From a virus (lineage: Duplodnaviria; Caudoviricetes), in the IMG/VR virus record IMGVR_UViG_3300029448_000391, positions 1 through 25,635 of that record: DNA of 25,635 nucleotides. One strand, given 5' to 3'. Position numbers and translations under genes: made by a program. A model generated the notes under the pieces. That model worked only from the letters and a program-made list of their open reading frames with translations. It did not search any database and was not told the origin of the DNA. Positions 16,101 through 24,411 of the stretch are shown here, piece by piece. Numbering within the stretch: the first letter of the stretch is position 1; the number at the start of each line of letters is the position of its first letter.

Positions 16101-17998
16101 TTTATTTAGTAGATGGATCAGTAAAAACGATACCTTCTCCGCATTATCAGTTGGCAACGATTGATGATGTGGTTAAGTATTGTGAAAACAAAGAAATACT
16201 TGGTGTAGACACGGAGACTGAAGGTTTTGACTTTACTTGTAAGAAGATGATTATGTTTCAGATCGGTGACAATGAAGATCAATTTGTAATTGACACTCGT
16301 ATTGTAAGTATTGAACCTTTACGTAATCTACTAGAAAACAAAACAATCACTAAAATATTTCATAACGCAAAGTTTGACTACAAGTTTATTAAACGATGGT
16401 CTAATATATCTTGTGAAGGTATTTATGATACTTTCTTAACTGAACGTGTTCTTAATTGTGGTAAAGACAAGTATGGGTATGGATTGAAAGACGTGTGTAA
16501 AAGATATTTGAATGTAGATTTAAATAAAGATGTGCGTAATCAGTTTATAGGACTTACAGGTCAACCATTTAAGAATGATCAAATCGTGTACGGTGCAAAA
16601 GATGTAGAATATCTTATCAAAATACGTACGCATCAACTACCTCTTATAGATAAGTATAAACTACATAATGTAGTTAAACTTGAAAATGAAGTAGTGTCAG
16701 CGTTTGCAGACATAGAATACAATGGGTTAGAACTAGATGTAGAACAATGGTCAAAGTTAGAAGCTCTTAACACTGACAATGCTAACAAATTAGAAAAAGA
16801 TCTAGATACTATGATTAGAAATGATCACAGAGTTAAACACTTTGTATCTAAGTATGTGCAAACAGACATGTTTACTCCAATTGAAGAGATTAGAGATATA
16901 GATATAAAATGGACATCACCTAAACAGGTGTTAGAAGTATTTCAGTGTCTTGTTCCTAGTCTTGATAATGTTAACGGTAAACAAATGTATAAATATAGAT
17001 TTAAATTTCCTTTGATAGATAAGTATGTAAAATATAAAGAAGCTATGAAATTATGCACATCATATGGTGATGCATTCTTTAAAAACTTAGCAGCTGATAA
17101 TAAAATACATACAAACTTTCATCAGATACTAGATACCGGTCGTGTAAGCAGTAGTAAACCTAACATGCAACAGATACCTGCAGATAATATGTATAGAAAT
17201 TGCTTTACTGCACCAGATGGTTGGAGTTTTGTAAGTTCTGACTACAGTTCACAAGAATTAAATGTAATTGCATTTGGCTCTAAGGATCCTGTATGGTTAA
17301 AAGCTTTAGAACAAGAACAAGATCTACACTCAACATGTGCAGAGCTAGTTTATGGGGAAGAATGGATTAATGTAGCTGAAGACAATTGCCTTTATATGAG
17401 TAAAAAACAAAAGTGTAATTGTCCTTCACATAAAAAACTAAGAACTAATGTCAAAACTATTAATTTCGGGCTTGCTTATGGGATGGGCCCTAATAAGCTT
17501 TCTGATACTCTTAACATCAGTTTGGATGCAGCTAAAGAGCTCATCGAAAAATATTTCCAAGCGTTCCCATCGATCAAAGGGTTCTTAGATAAGCTAGGTA
17601 ACTTTGGTAAGAAGTTTGGATATATTAAAACATTTCCTCCATATAATAGGAAGAGATGGTTTAGTAATTGGTATCCAAAGATTTGGAACAATAAATCATC
17701 TATGATGGAGCTTGGTAGCATTGAGCGTGCTAGTAAAAACACACCTATACAAGGTGCATCTGCAGATATGACTAAAAAAGCATTAGTGCTTATGCGTGAA
17801 TATACAAAGGGATTTGACAATTCACCTGTAAAAATAGTTATGACTGTACATGATCAAATAGATACAATATGTAGAAATGATTATTTACATATTTGGAAGT
17901 CAGATATGAAAGATCTGATGGAAGTAGCAGCAAATGAAGTAGTAACAAATGGGTTACTAAAAGCAGAAGTAACAGTTAGTAACTGTTGGGAGAAATAA
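16097..17998 (+). CDS. polA: Family A DNA polymerase with 3'-5' exonuclease (no 5'-3' exonuclease)
   Basis: ExoI GVDTET, ExoII HNAKFD, ExoIII YGAKD; TGRVSSSKPNMQQIP; motif A DYSSQEL; motif B RTNVKTINFGLAYG; NTPIQGASAD; motif C VHDQI. Confidence 0.95.
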   Translation: MIYLVDGSVKTIPSPHYQLATIDDVVKYCENKEILGVDTETEGFDFTCKKMIMFQIGDNEDQFVIDTRIVSIEPLRNLLENKTITKIFHNAKFDYKFIKRWSNISCEGIYDTFLTERVLNCGKDKYGYGLKDVCKRYLNVDLNKDVRNQFIGLTGQPFKNDQIVYGAKDVEYLIKIRTHQLPLIDKYKLHNVVKLENEVVSAFADIEYNGLELDVEQWSKLEALNTDNANKLEKDLDTMIRNDHRVKHFVSKYVQTDMFTPIEEIRDIDIKWTSPKQVLEVFQCLVPSLDNVNGKQMYKYRFKFPLIDKYVKYKEAMKLCTSYGDAFFKNLAADNKIHTNFHQILDTGRVSSSKPNMQQIPADNMYRNCFTAPDGWSFVSSDYSSQELNVIAFGSKDPVWLKALEQEQDLHSTCAELVYGEEWINVAEDNCLYMSKKQKCNCPSHKKLRTNVKTINFGLAYGMGPNKLSDTLNISLDAAKELIEKYFQAFPSIKGFLDKLGNFGKKFGYIKTFPPYNRKRWFSNWYPKIWNNKSSMMELGSIERASKNTPIQGASADMTKKALVLMREYTKGFDNSPVKIVMTVHDQIDTICRNDYLHIWKSDMKDLMEVAANEVVTNGLLKAEVTVSNCWEK

Positions 17999-18140
17999 AT
18001 ATGAGTGAGGTCCTAATCTAAAGGGGTGCCTAAGAGACATCCAGTTTAATATTAAATGTTTACCTCGCTCATATAATATATACAAAGGGGCAGACATAAA
18101 GGCGATTTTGCCAAGCAAGTTAATACTATTGTCTGTCCCT
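17999..18140 (+). other. Tandem long intergenic stem-loops after polA
   Basis: ATATGAGTGAGGT (17999-18011) / ACCTCGCTCATAT (18062-18074); AGGGGCAGACA (18086-18096) / TGTCTGTCCCT (18130-18140). Each has one G-U pair valid on the plus strand. Confidence 0.7.
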
Positions 18141-18161
18141 GAGTAAACTAAAATAATAATT

Positions 18162-18434
18162 ATGAACGATAAAGTTAAAAATTTAATAGCAGAACTTAAA
18201 CAAAAAAAAGAACTAGATGAGCTACAAGCGTCTAGAGTTATAGAGTTTGATCATTATTTTAAATATAGTGGTAAACAAGAGATAAGATTTAAAAGTTATA
18301 AATATAATGGTTATGATTATAGTAGAATTGTTAAGTCTCCTACACATTATATCCCTCCTTTAGATTATAGGGAGATAATGAAAACAAATGACATGAGTAA
18401 GTATAAATTAAAAAAACAGAGAAAAGTATGGTAA
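18162..18434 (+). CDS. Hypothetical protein
   Basis: 90 aa, A-rich leader, overlaps the next start. Confidence 0.65.
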   Translation: MNDKVKNLIAELKQKKELDELQASRVIEFDHYFKYSGKQEIRFKSYKYNGYDYSRIVKSPTHYIPPLDYREIMKTNDMSKYKLKKQRKVW

Positions 18435-18691
18435 AGAAAATTAGACAGACTCAAGTAGAGTCTTTAAAACAAACACAGAAGAATATAGGAGAAAAACAAA
18501 AAACTGTTTATTCTGTAATAAAATCTAAAGGTGGTGCTACTAACAGAATGATTGCCAAGCATTTAGGATGGGACATTAACAGAGTTACAGGTAGAGTAAC
18601 AGAACTTGTAAATATGGGGATGGTTACAACTACGGGAACATTTAAAGATAAAGAAACTAATAGAACAGTTACATTATGGAAAGTGTTATGA
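18428..18691 (+). CDS. Winged HTH DNA-binding protein
   Basis: QKTVYSVIKSKGGATNRMIAKHLGWDINRVTGRVTELVNMGMV wHTH pattern. Confidence 0.75.
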   Translation: MVKKIRQTQVESLKQTQKNIGEKQKTVYSVIKSKGGATNRMIAKHLGWDINRVTGRVTELVNMGMVTTTGTFKDKETNRTVTLWKVL

Positions 18692-19836
18692 GTAAAATAA
18701 ACGCAATAAGAGATAAAGAACAAAAAACTGCTTTAAATGCGTGGGCAGGACAAAACTTTATTGGATCTATAATTGCAGGTACAGGTTTTGGTAAATCCAG
18801 ATGTGGTGTGTTGGCAGTACAACATGCACTTAAAGATGGGGGTACTGCTTTAATACTTGTTCCTACTGTACAATTGCAAGATCAGTTTGCAGAGGAGTTT
18901 GAGAAATGGGGAGTGTCTATGGAAAATGTAGAGATTCTTTGTTATCAAAGTGCATACAAATTAGAAGGTGAAAGCTATACTATAGTAGTATGTGACGAGA
19001 TACACTTAGGTTTGTCCCCAGAGTATCGTAAGTTCTTTGAAAATAATCGTGCTAAACAACTATTATGTATGACTGCAACTTTACCAGAAGAGCTTGAGTA
19101 TAAAGATATACTAAGTAAAATGGCACCAACAGCGTATAAAATTACACTAGATAGGTGTGTAAAATTAGGATTTGTAAGTCCATACAAGATTACCTGTATA
19201 CCGGTTAAGCTAACTAAGGCAGAAAGAGATGATTATAAAAAAGTAAATAACTCTTTTGTCTATAATAAGTATAAACTTGGACAGTTTGATGCATTTAACG
19301 AAGCAAGTAGAATACTAAAAAGCAAAACTGCAAGTGGGCCTGAGAAGAGAGCTGCAGTATTATTTTGGAAAGCTATTAGAGATCGTAAAAGTATTGTAGA
19401 CTATGCAGAAAACAAGATAAAAAAGTTTAAGAGTATTTATTATAAAAATACAGATAAGAAAATACTTGTATTTGGTGGTGCTAATGACTTTACAGATCAA
19501 TTGTGTGATTCTATAGCTCCTTACGCAATGGCTTATCATTCTAAAAAGACTAAAAAACAAAGAGATATAGCCCTTGAATTATTTAAAACAGGGGATATAA
19601 ATGTGCTTTGTTCTACAAAAGCTCTTAATCAAGGATTTGATGTTCCTAATGCAAACATGGGTATAATTTGTGGTATTACAAGCAAAGGATTGTCTATGAT
19701 ACAGCGTGTAGGACGTCTTGTACGGTTTCAAGAGAATAAAATAGGTCAAATTATAATCTTGTATGTTGCTGATTCTCAGGAAGAAAAGTGGCTAAAAAGC
19801 GCTACAAAAACACTAAAGAATGTTGTGTGGAAATAA
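18688..19836 (+). CDS. Superfamily 2 helicase (UvsW/XPB/Res-like)
   Basis: AGTGFGKS, LVPT, DEIH, MTAT, QGFDVP, QRVGR. Start probably the ATGA-coupled ATG at 18688 (track start 18676). Confidence 0.9.
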   Translation: MSKINAIRDKEQKTALNAWAGQNFIGSIIAGTGFGKSRCGVLAVQHALKDGGTALILVPTVQLQDQFAEEFEKWGVSMENVEILCYQSAYKLEGESYTIVVCDEIHLGLSPEYRKFFENNRAKQLLCMTATLPEELEYKDILSKMAPTAYKITLDRCVKLGFVSPYKITCIPVKLTKAERDDYKKVNNSFVYNKYKLGQFDAFNEASRILKSKTASGPEKRAAVLFWKAIRDRKSIVDYAENKIKKFKSIYYKNTDKKILVFGGANDFTDQLCDSIAPYAMAYHSKKTKKQRDIALELFKTGDINVLCSTKALNQGFDVPNANMGIICGITSKGLSMIQRVGRLVRFQENKIGQIIILYVADSQEEKWLKSATKTLKNVVWK

Positions 19837-19848
19837 TTATTTAAAATA

Positions 19849-19880
19849 TTTGTACATAATAACAGAATTTAGTATATTTG
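19849..19880 (+). promoter_or_regulatory. Bacteroidota primary-sigma promoter for replisome operon
   Basis: TTTG (19849-19852), 20-nt spacer, TATATTTG (19873-19880) followed by C. Confidence 0.8.
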
Positions 19881-19932
19881 CTTTAGATTTAACAAATAGT
19901 ATAACAGAACTTTTTATAACCTTTACTGCCAT

Positions 19933-20484
19933 ATGAATGTTGATATAGATTTTGAGGTTTTAGAACAGACAGGGATGTCTGCAGACGACTTTCTATATCT
20001 TTATATAATACATAAGGAAAGTTATGCTAAATTGATCAATCTTAATCTTAAACCAAATTTAGAGAAGTTACAAGAAGAAGGATATATTAAGCTAGGCGAA
20101 GCACCTGATCAACATTTTATTAGACAAGAGTTTATAGACCTCTTTTCTTCTAATTTTGATCAGATGTTTGCTGAGCTTATAGGTACATATCCTATGAAAG
20201 TAATGACTACTGATAGAGGTATTAGAGTGTTACATGCTAAGGATCCAGATGCTAAGGCAAATGCTAAATGTAAGGCAAAGTATAAAAAAATTGTAGGTGA
20301 TAAATTGTATAAACACAGACATATTATGGACTGTTTAAATACACAACTTACAATAGAAAAGCACAATCTTGCATATATGCAAAACTTAGAGACATGGATT
20401 AATAACCATACTTGGGAAAAGTATGAAAACTTAGATGAAAATGACACAAAACAAGAAACCAACAGAATCACAAGATCCCTTTAA
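19933..20484 (+). CDS. Putative replication initiator / helicase-loader-like protein
   Basis: wHTH-like N-terminus; FAELIGTYP...YMQNLETWINNHTWEKY resembles the C-terminal motif of phage replisome organisers; directly upstream of dnaB. Confidence 0.55.
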   Translation: MNVDIDFEVLEQTGMSADDFLYLYIIHKESYAKLINLNLKPNLEKLQEEGYIKLGEAPDQHFIRQEFIDLFSSNFDQMFAELIGTYPMKVMTTDRGIRVLHAKDPDAKANAKCKAKYKKIVGDKLYKHRHIMDCLNTQLTIEKHNLAYMQNLETWINNHTWEKYENLDENDTKQETNRITRSL

Positions 20485-21385
20485 GACTAAGGGGTTTAAA
20501 AGCATTAGAAAAGCAATTAGCGCATCTCTACATCAAGTAGCAGATGGAATGAATGGTAAACGTCAGGTTTATCCTACTAAATGGGACAGGCTAAACAAAA
20601 ACTTACTAGGTGGTTTACAACCAGGTAAGATGTATGTTGTAGCAGGTCGTCCAGGTGTAGGTAAGTCAGCGTTTAGTAATCAATTGATCTTTGACTTATT
20701 AGATAAAAACATAGGTAAGAACTTATTAGTATTGTATTGGTCTTTCGAGATGCCCGGTTATCAGCAGATACTCCGTGCAGGTTCAAAAGGTATAAACAAG
20801 CAAGTAGGAGAACTATTATCTGTAGGTAAAAGATTAGAAAACGAATCGTACCAAAGATTTAAAGAAGAAGTTATGAAGTATGGGAATTATCCTGTGTATT
20901 TCAATAACGTTCCAAGAGATATAGAATTTATTAAACAAGCTAATTTAGATATAGCTAACCAACGTCCAGACTCAATTGTAGTTAATGTATTTGACCACTC
21001 TCGATTAATTTTGAGTAACAAAGACATGGAATTACAAAAACTAAATGATGTCAGTAAAGGATGTATGTGGATGCAAGCAAATTTAGGTTGTATTAATATA
21101 TTGTTATCTCAGCTAAATCGTAACATAGAATCAGAACATAGGGCTAAAGCACAGTATCAGCCTTTGCTAACAGATTTGTTTGGTGGCGATAGTATTGGTC
21201 AGGATGCACATGTAGTAATGATGCTCCAACGACCTAATGACTTGTATGGTATTACAGATAAATACTGTAATGAAGATCCAGTAGGATTACTAGCTGTACA
21301 TATAGAAAAGAATCGTGATGGCTTATTGGGTATGATACCTTATGAAGCTGAAATGTCAACATTTACAATTAAAGAAAGATTATGA
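20435..21385 (+). CDS. dnaB: DnaB-like (SF4) replicative helicase, ATPase domain only
   Basis: GRPGVGKS, SFEM, VFDH, LSQLNR, SIGQDAHVVM, KNRDG. Confidence 0.9.
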   Translation: MKMTQNKKPTESQDPFKTKGFKSIRKAISASLHQVADGMNGKRQVYPTKWDRLNKNLLGGLQPGKMYVVAGRPGVGKSAFSNQLIFDLLDKNIGKNLLVLYWSFEMPGYQQILRAGSKGINKQVGELLSVGKRLENESYQRFKEEVMKYGNYPVYFNNVPRDIEFIKQANLDIANQRPDSIVVNVFDHSRLILSNKDMELQKLNDVSKGCMWMQANLGCINILLSQLNRNIESEHRAKAQYQPLLTDLFGGDSIGQDAHVVMMLQRPNDLYGITDKYCNEDPVGLLAVHIEKNRDGLLGMIPYEAEMSTFTIKERL

Positions 21386-21543
21386 GCAAAAGAAACGGGA
21401 AAAACAAAGCAAAAGTAGCAGTCTTAAACGAAATAAATCAAGTAGATAAAAGATTAAAGAGGTTTAAAGATAATGAAGAAGAAACTACAAGACTTATGTC
21501 TAGAAGAGACACATTAAGAAGTAAATTAAAAACTAAAAAATAA
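21382..21543 (+). CDS. Small basic helical protein, 53 aa (not in ORF track)
   Basis: MSKRNGKNKAKVAVLNEINQVDKRLKRFKDNEEETTRLMSRRDTLRSKLKTKK*. ATGA-coupled to dnaB; fills the gap to the next gene. Confidence 0.7.
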   Translation: MSKRNGKNKAKVAVLNEINQVDKRLKRFKDNEEETTRLMSRRDTLRSKLKTKK

Positions 21544-21550
21544 TATATAG

Positions 21551-22258
21551 ATGGAAATTATGGAATTACCAAAAGCAAAGGTTAAAGCGAGCCGTAAATC
21601 GCCTAAAAATATGATAATATATGGTGCACCTAAAATAGGTAAAACTACTGTATTGTCACAACTAGATAATTGTTTAATCATTGACTTGGAGGACGGCTCA
21701 GATATGGTAGACGCTTTAAAAGTTAAAGCTCACAATCTAAAAGACCTTCAAGCTATTGGCTCAGCAATTATTAAAGAGGGGAAACCTTATAAATATATAG
21801 CTATAGATACTATATCTAAGCTAGAAGAATGGTGTGAAGTTTATGCTAAACAAATTTATATGAGGACTCCTATGGGTAAAAACTTTGATAAAAATAATCC
21901 TGGAGCATCAGTTCTATCACTGCCAAACGGCGCCGGCTACTTATATTTAAGAATGGCCTACAAAGAATGGATAGACAAACTGAATAAACTTGCGGATCAC
22001 GTAATCTTAGTTGGACATCTTAAAGATAAAATGCTTGAAAAGAAAGGTAAAGAGGTTGCTGTAAAGGACCTTGATTTAACTGGAAAAATTAAGCAGATTA
22101 CTTGCACTAATTCAGATGCTATTGGTTATATTTACAGGGAAGGAACAAATACTATGATTTCTTTCGATTCCCTAGATGATATAGCTGCTGGTACTAGATG
22201 TGCGCACTTAAAGGGCAAGGCCATGCCTTTAGAATGGTCAGAAATTTTTATAGATTAA
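21551..22258 (+). CDS. Sak4-like / AAA_24 ATPase (single-strand annealing recombinase)
   Basis: IYGAPKIGKTT, IIDLEDG, IAIDTI, ILVGH, DAIGY. Confidence 0.8.
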   Translation: MEIMELPKAKVKASRKSPKNMIIYGAPKIGKTTVLSQLDNCLIIDLEDGSDMVDALKVKAHNLKDLQAIGSAIIKEGKPYKYIAIDTISKLEEWCEVYAKQIYMRTPMGKNFDKNNPGASVLSLPNGAGYLYLRMAYKEWIDKLNKLADHVILVGHLKDKMLEKKGKEVAVKDLDLTGKIKQITCTNSDAIGYIYREGTNTMISFDSLDDIAAGTRCAHLKGKAMPLEWSEIFID

Positions 22259-22277
22259 CTAATTAAACCAATTAAAC

Positions 22278-22616
22278 ATGATTGAAGCAAATGAACCAAC
22301 TGAGGGCACAGTTGTAAAACAAGAGACGCCTGCACAAATTACTACTACACAGATCATACAAGATCTAGAGAATGGTATAGACAGAACCGGTATTCAAACT
22401 AAATATGGTTTGGAGTCTTGGGAAGTTAAACAAATGTTCCAACACCCAACACTTAAAGGTAAGAAAGCTAAGAAAGTTAGAAAACTATCTTTTGAGTTTG
22501 TAGATGATACAGTAGAAACTGTAAGTCCTAATCAAACTAGTATTCCTGTAGAAACTACAGAGACTTTTCATGGTACAGTAGAAAATGATACAAATACACA
22601 ATTTACACAATTTTAA
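22278..22616 (+). CDS. Hypothetical protein (small HTH-like core, acidic/Thr-rich tail)
   Basis: 112 aa; IIQDLENGIDRTGIQTKYGL...VKQMFQHPTLKGKK. Confidence 0.65.
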   Translation: MIEANEPTEGTVVKQETPAQITTTQIIQDLENGIDRTGIQTKYGLESWEVKQMFQHPTLKGKKAKKVRKLSFEFVDDTVETVSPNQTSIPVETTETFHGTVENDTNTQFTQF

Positions 22617-22636
22617 TAACCAATAAATAATTAATT

Positions 22637-23416
22637 ATGGCAATACAAAGTAATGCAAGTACGGAAGAAGTATCTGGAGGAGGAAGAGAATTCTACTCTG
22701 GTTTAACAAATGTGAATGTTGTAGCGGTTAACCCTACAATGGCAGAATTACACGCACTAGATGTGAATGTAAAACAAGAGCCTGCATATTCAGGAACTAG
22801 TAACGATCAAGCTTGGAATAAAGTGACGTTTTGGCTAGCAAATGAAGATGGTAAATTCAAATTAGATTTATTTCTAAAAAATAATCATAAACAATCTCAA
22901 ACTGGTAAGTTTCTATGGCTAAATAATGTAGGTCAATCTACATGGTCAGCTGATGCACCAACTTATGACTGGTGGAAAGCAGAAGGTCAAAGAAAAGCTT
23001 ATGACGGCGAGAGAGAGTTGATTGAGTTTACTAAAGCTTGGGCTAACGTTGCTGCTGGAGGATCTGTGTTTTATGATACAATGGCAGATATTGTAAATGG
23101 TAATGTAGCAGAGATTAAGACTCTTTGTACAGCACTTAAAAACAATCAGCTTAGAGTACTAGTAGGTGTTAAAGATGACAAGTATCAAGGTATTTATACT
23201 GGATATTTTGGCAGAGTTAAACCTCAAAGAGACGATCTATTTGTTAAAGCTCTTAATGATGAGTATTCTCAGTTTAAGAACCATGATTTCAATGCAGACC
23301 TTAAATGGGGTAAGCATGTTTCAACAGTAAGTCTAGTTACACCAGACACTATTGATGAGAATGAAGACTGGACAGTACCTGCAGATCCACAAGTACAGGA
23401 AGACGCTCCGTTCTAA
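22637..23416 (+). CDS. Putative single-stranded DNA-binding protein
   Basis: Aromatic-rich core; acidic tail ending EDAPF like SSB DDIPF; located between the Sak4-like gene and primase. Confidence 0.6.
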   Translation: MAIQSNASTEEVSGGGREFYSGLTNVNVVAVNPTMAELHALDVNVKQEPAYSGTSNDQAWNKVTFWLANEDGKFKLDLFLKNNHKQSQTGKFLWLNNVGQSTWSADAPTYDWWKAEGQRKAYDGERELIEFTKAWANVAAGGSVFYDTMADIVNGNVAEIKTLCTALKNNQLRVLVGVKDDKYQGIYTGYFGRVKPQRDDLFVKALNDEYSQFKNHDFNADLKWGKHVSTVSLVTPDTIDENEDWTVPADPQVQEDAPF

Positions 23417-24411
23417 TGGCTATTGATCGTAGAGATAGCAACGATCACCTACATACCGATGTCATACTTAGTAAAATTACTGAGTATGACATTTTTAGGT
23501 ATTACTGCCCTAACTTTAAAATATTGGGTAAGAAATTTAAGAGTGACCTTCGACAAGATAATTCACCTACGGTTTCTATAATACCTTATAACGGCAAACT
23601 TTTGTATAAAGATTTTGGTTCTAGTGAACATACGTTTGATTGCTTTAACTATGTAAAATTTAAATACACCTGTGATTTCTACTCTGCGCTAAATATTATC
23701 GACAATGATTTTAATCTTAACCTTAGTTCTAAAAAAGATAGTATAAAATTTACTATGGGTCTTATGGCTTATAGACAAGATAAAGTACCTTCTTATACTA
23801 AGTCTCAAGTTATTATTAGAAAGAAGCGTCGGCAATGGACTAGAGATGATGCAAAGTTTTGGGTTCAATATTTGGTTAGTAAAAAAATATTAACTATGTT
23901 TGGAGTCGAACCTATAAGTCACTTCTGGGTAAATAGTACTAGATTTACTTGTAAATCAATTACTTACGCTTTTAGATTCAAGAATCGATATAAAATTTAT
24001 TCTCCTTATGAAGAACAAAATAAGTGGTTAAGCAATACAAAAAAGACAGATGTCCAAGGCTATAACCAACTCCCGTATAAAGGTGAGAGACTTATCATTA
24101 CATCATCTCTTAAAGACGTTATGTGTTTGCATGCAGCAGGTTATCATGCAATTGCACTACAGAGCGAGATGCAAATACCTTCAGAAAAGTTAGTAAAAGA
24201 TTTAAAAGCTAGATTTACTACAATAGATGTTTTATACGACAATGATTTCGACAAAGTAACAAATCCAGGCCAGACAATGGCTAAGAAGATTTGTGATTTA
24301 TATGGTTTTAATAATATCTGTATACCAGATAGCTACAAATCTAAGGATCCATCAGATTTAGTTAAGAACGTATGCAGTTTTAACGAAATTAAAAACATAT
24401 TAAATGGATAG
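23416..24411 (+). CDS. DNA primase (crAss-type, TOPRIM)
   Basis: Degenerate N-terminal zinc-ribbon-like region (SDLRQDNSPT...YKDFG); TOPRIM LIITSSLKDVM, LYDND, KDPSD. Confidence 0.8.
   Translation: MAIDRRDSNDHLHTDVILSKITEYDIFRYYCPNFKILGKKFKSDLRQDNSPTVSIIPYNGKLLYKDFGSSEHTFDCFNYVKFKYTCDFYSALNIIDNDFNLNLSSKKDSIKFTMGLMAYRQDKVPSYTKSQVIIRKKRRQWTRDDAKFWVQYLVSKKILTMFGVEPISHFWVNSTRFTCKSITYAFRFKNRYKIYSPYEEQNKWLSNTKKTDVQGYNQLPYKGERLIITSSLKDVMCLHAAGYHAIALQSEMQIPSEKLVKDLKARFTTIDVLYDNDFDKVTNPGQTMAKKICDLYGFNNICIPDSYKSKDPSDLVKNVCSFNEIKNILNG

Noticed and set aside
13321-18140. tRNA, tmRNA or CRISPR mini-array in the structured intergenic regions
   Set aside because: No cloverleaf with T-loop GTTCRA, no tmRNA termini and no regularly spaced direct repeats were found.
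8893-24411. Introns or inteins in terL, polA, dnaB or primase
   Set aside because: ORFs are continuous, of compact length, with normally spaced motifs and no intein or homing-endonuclease signatures.
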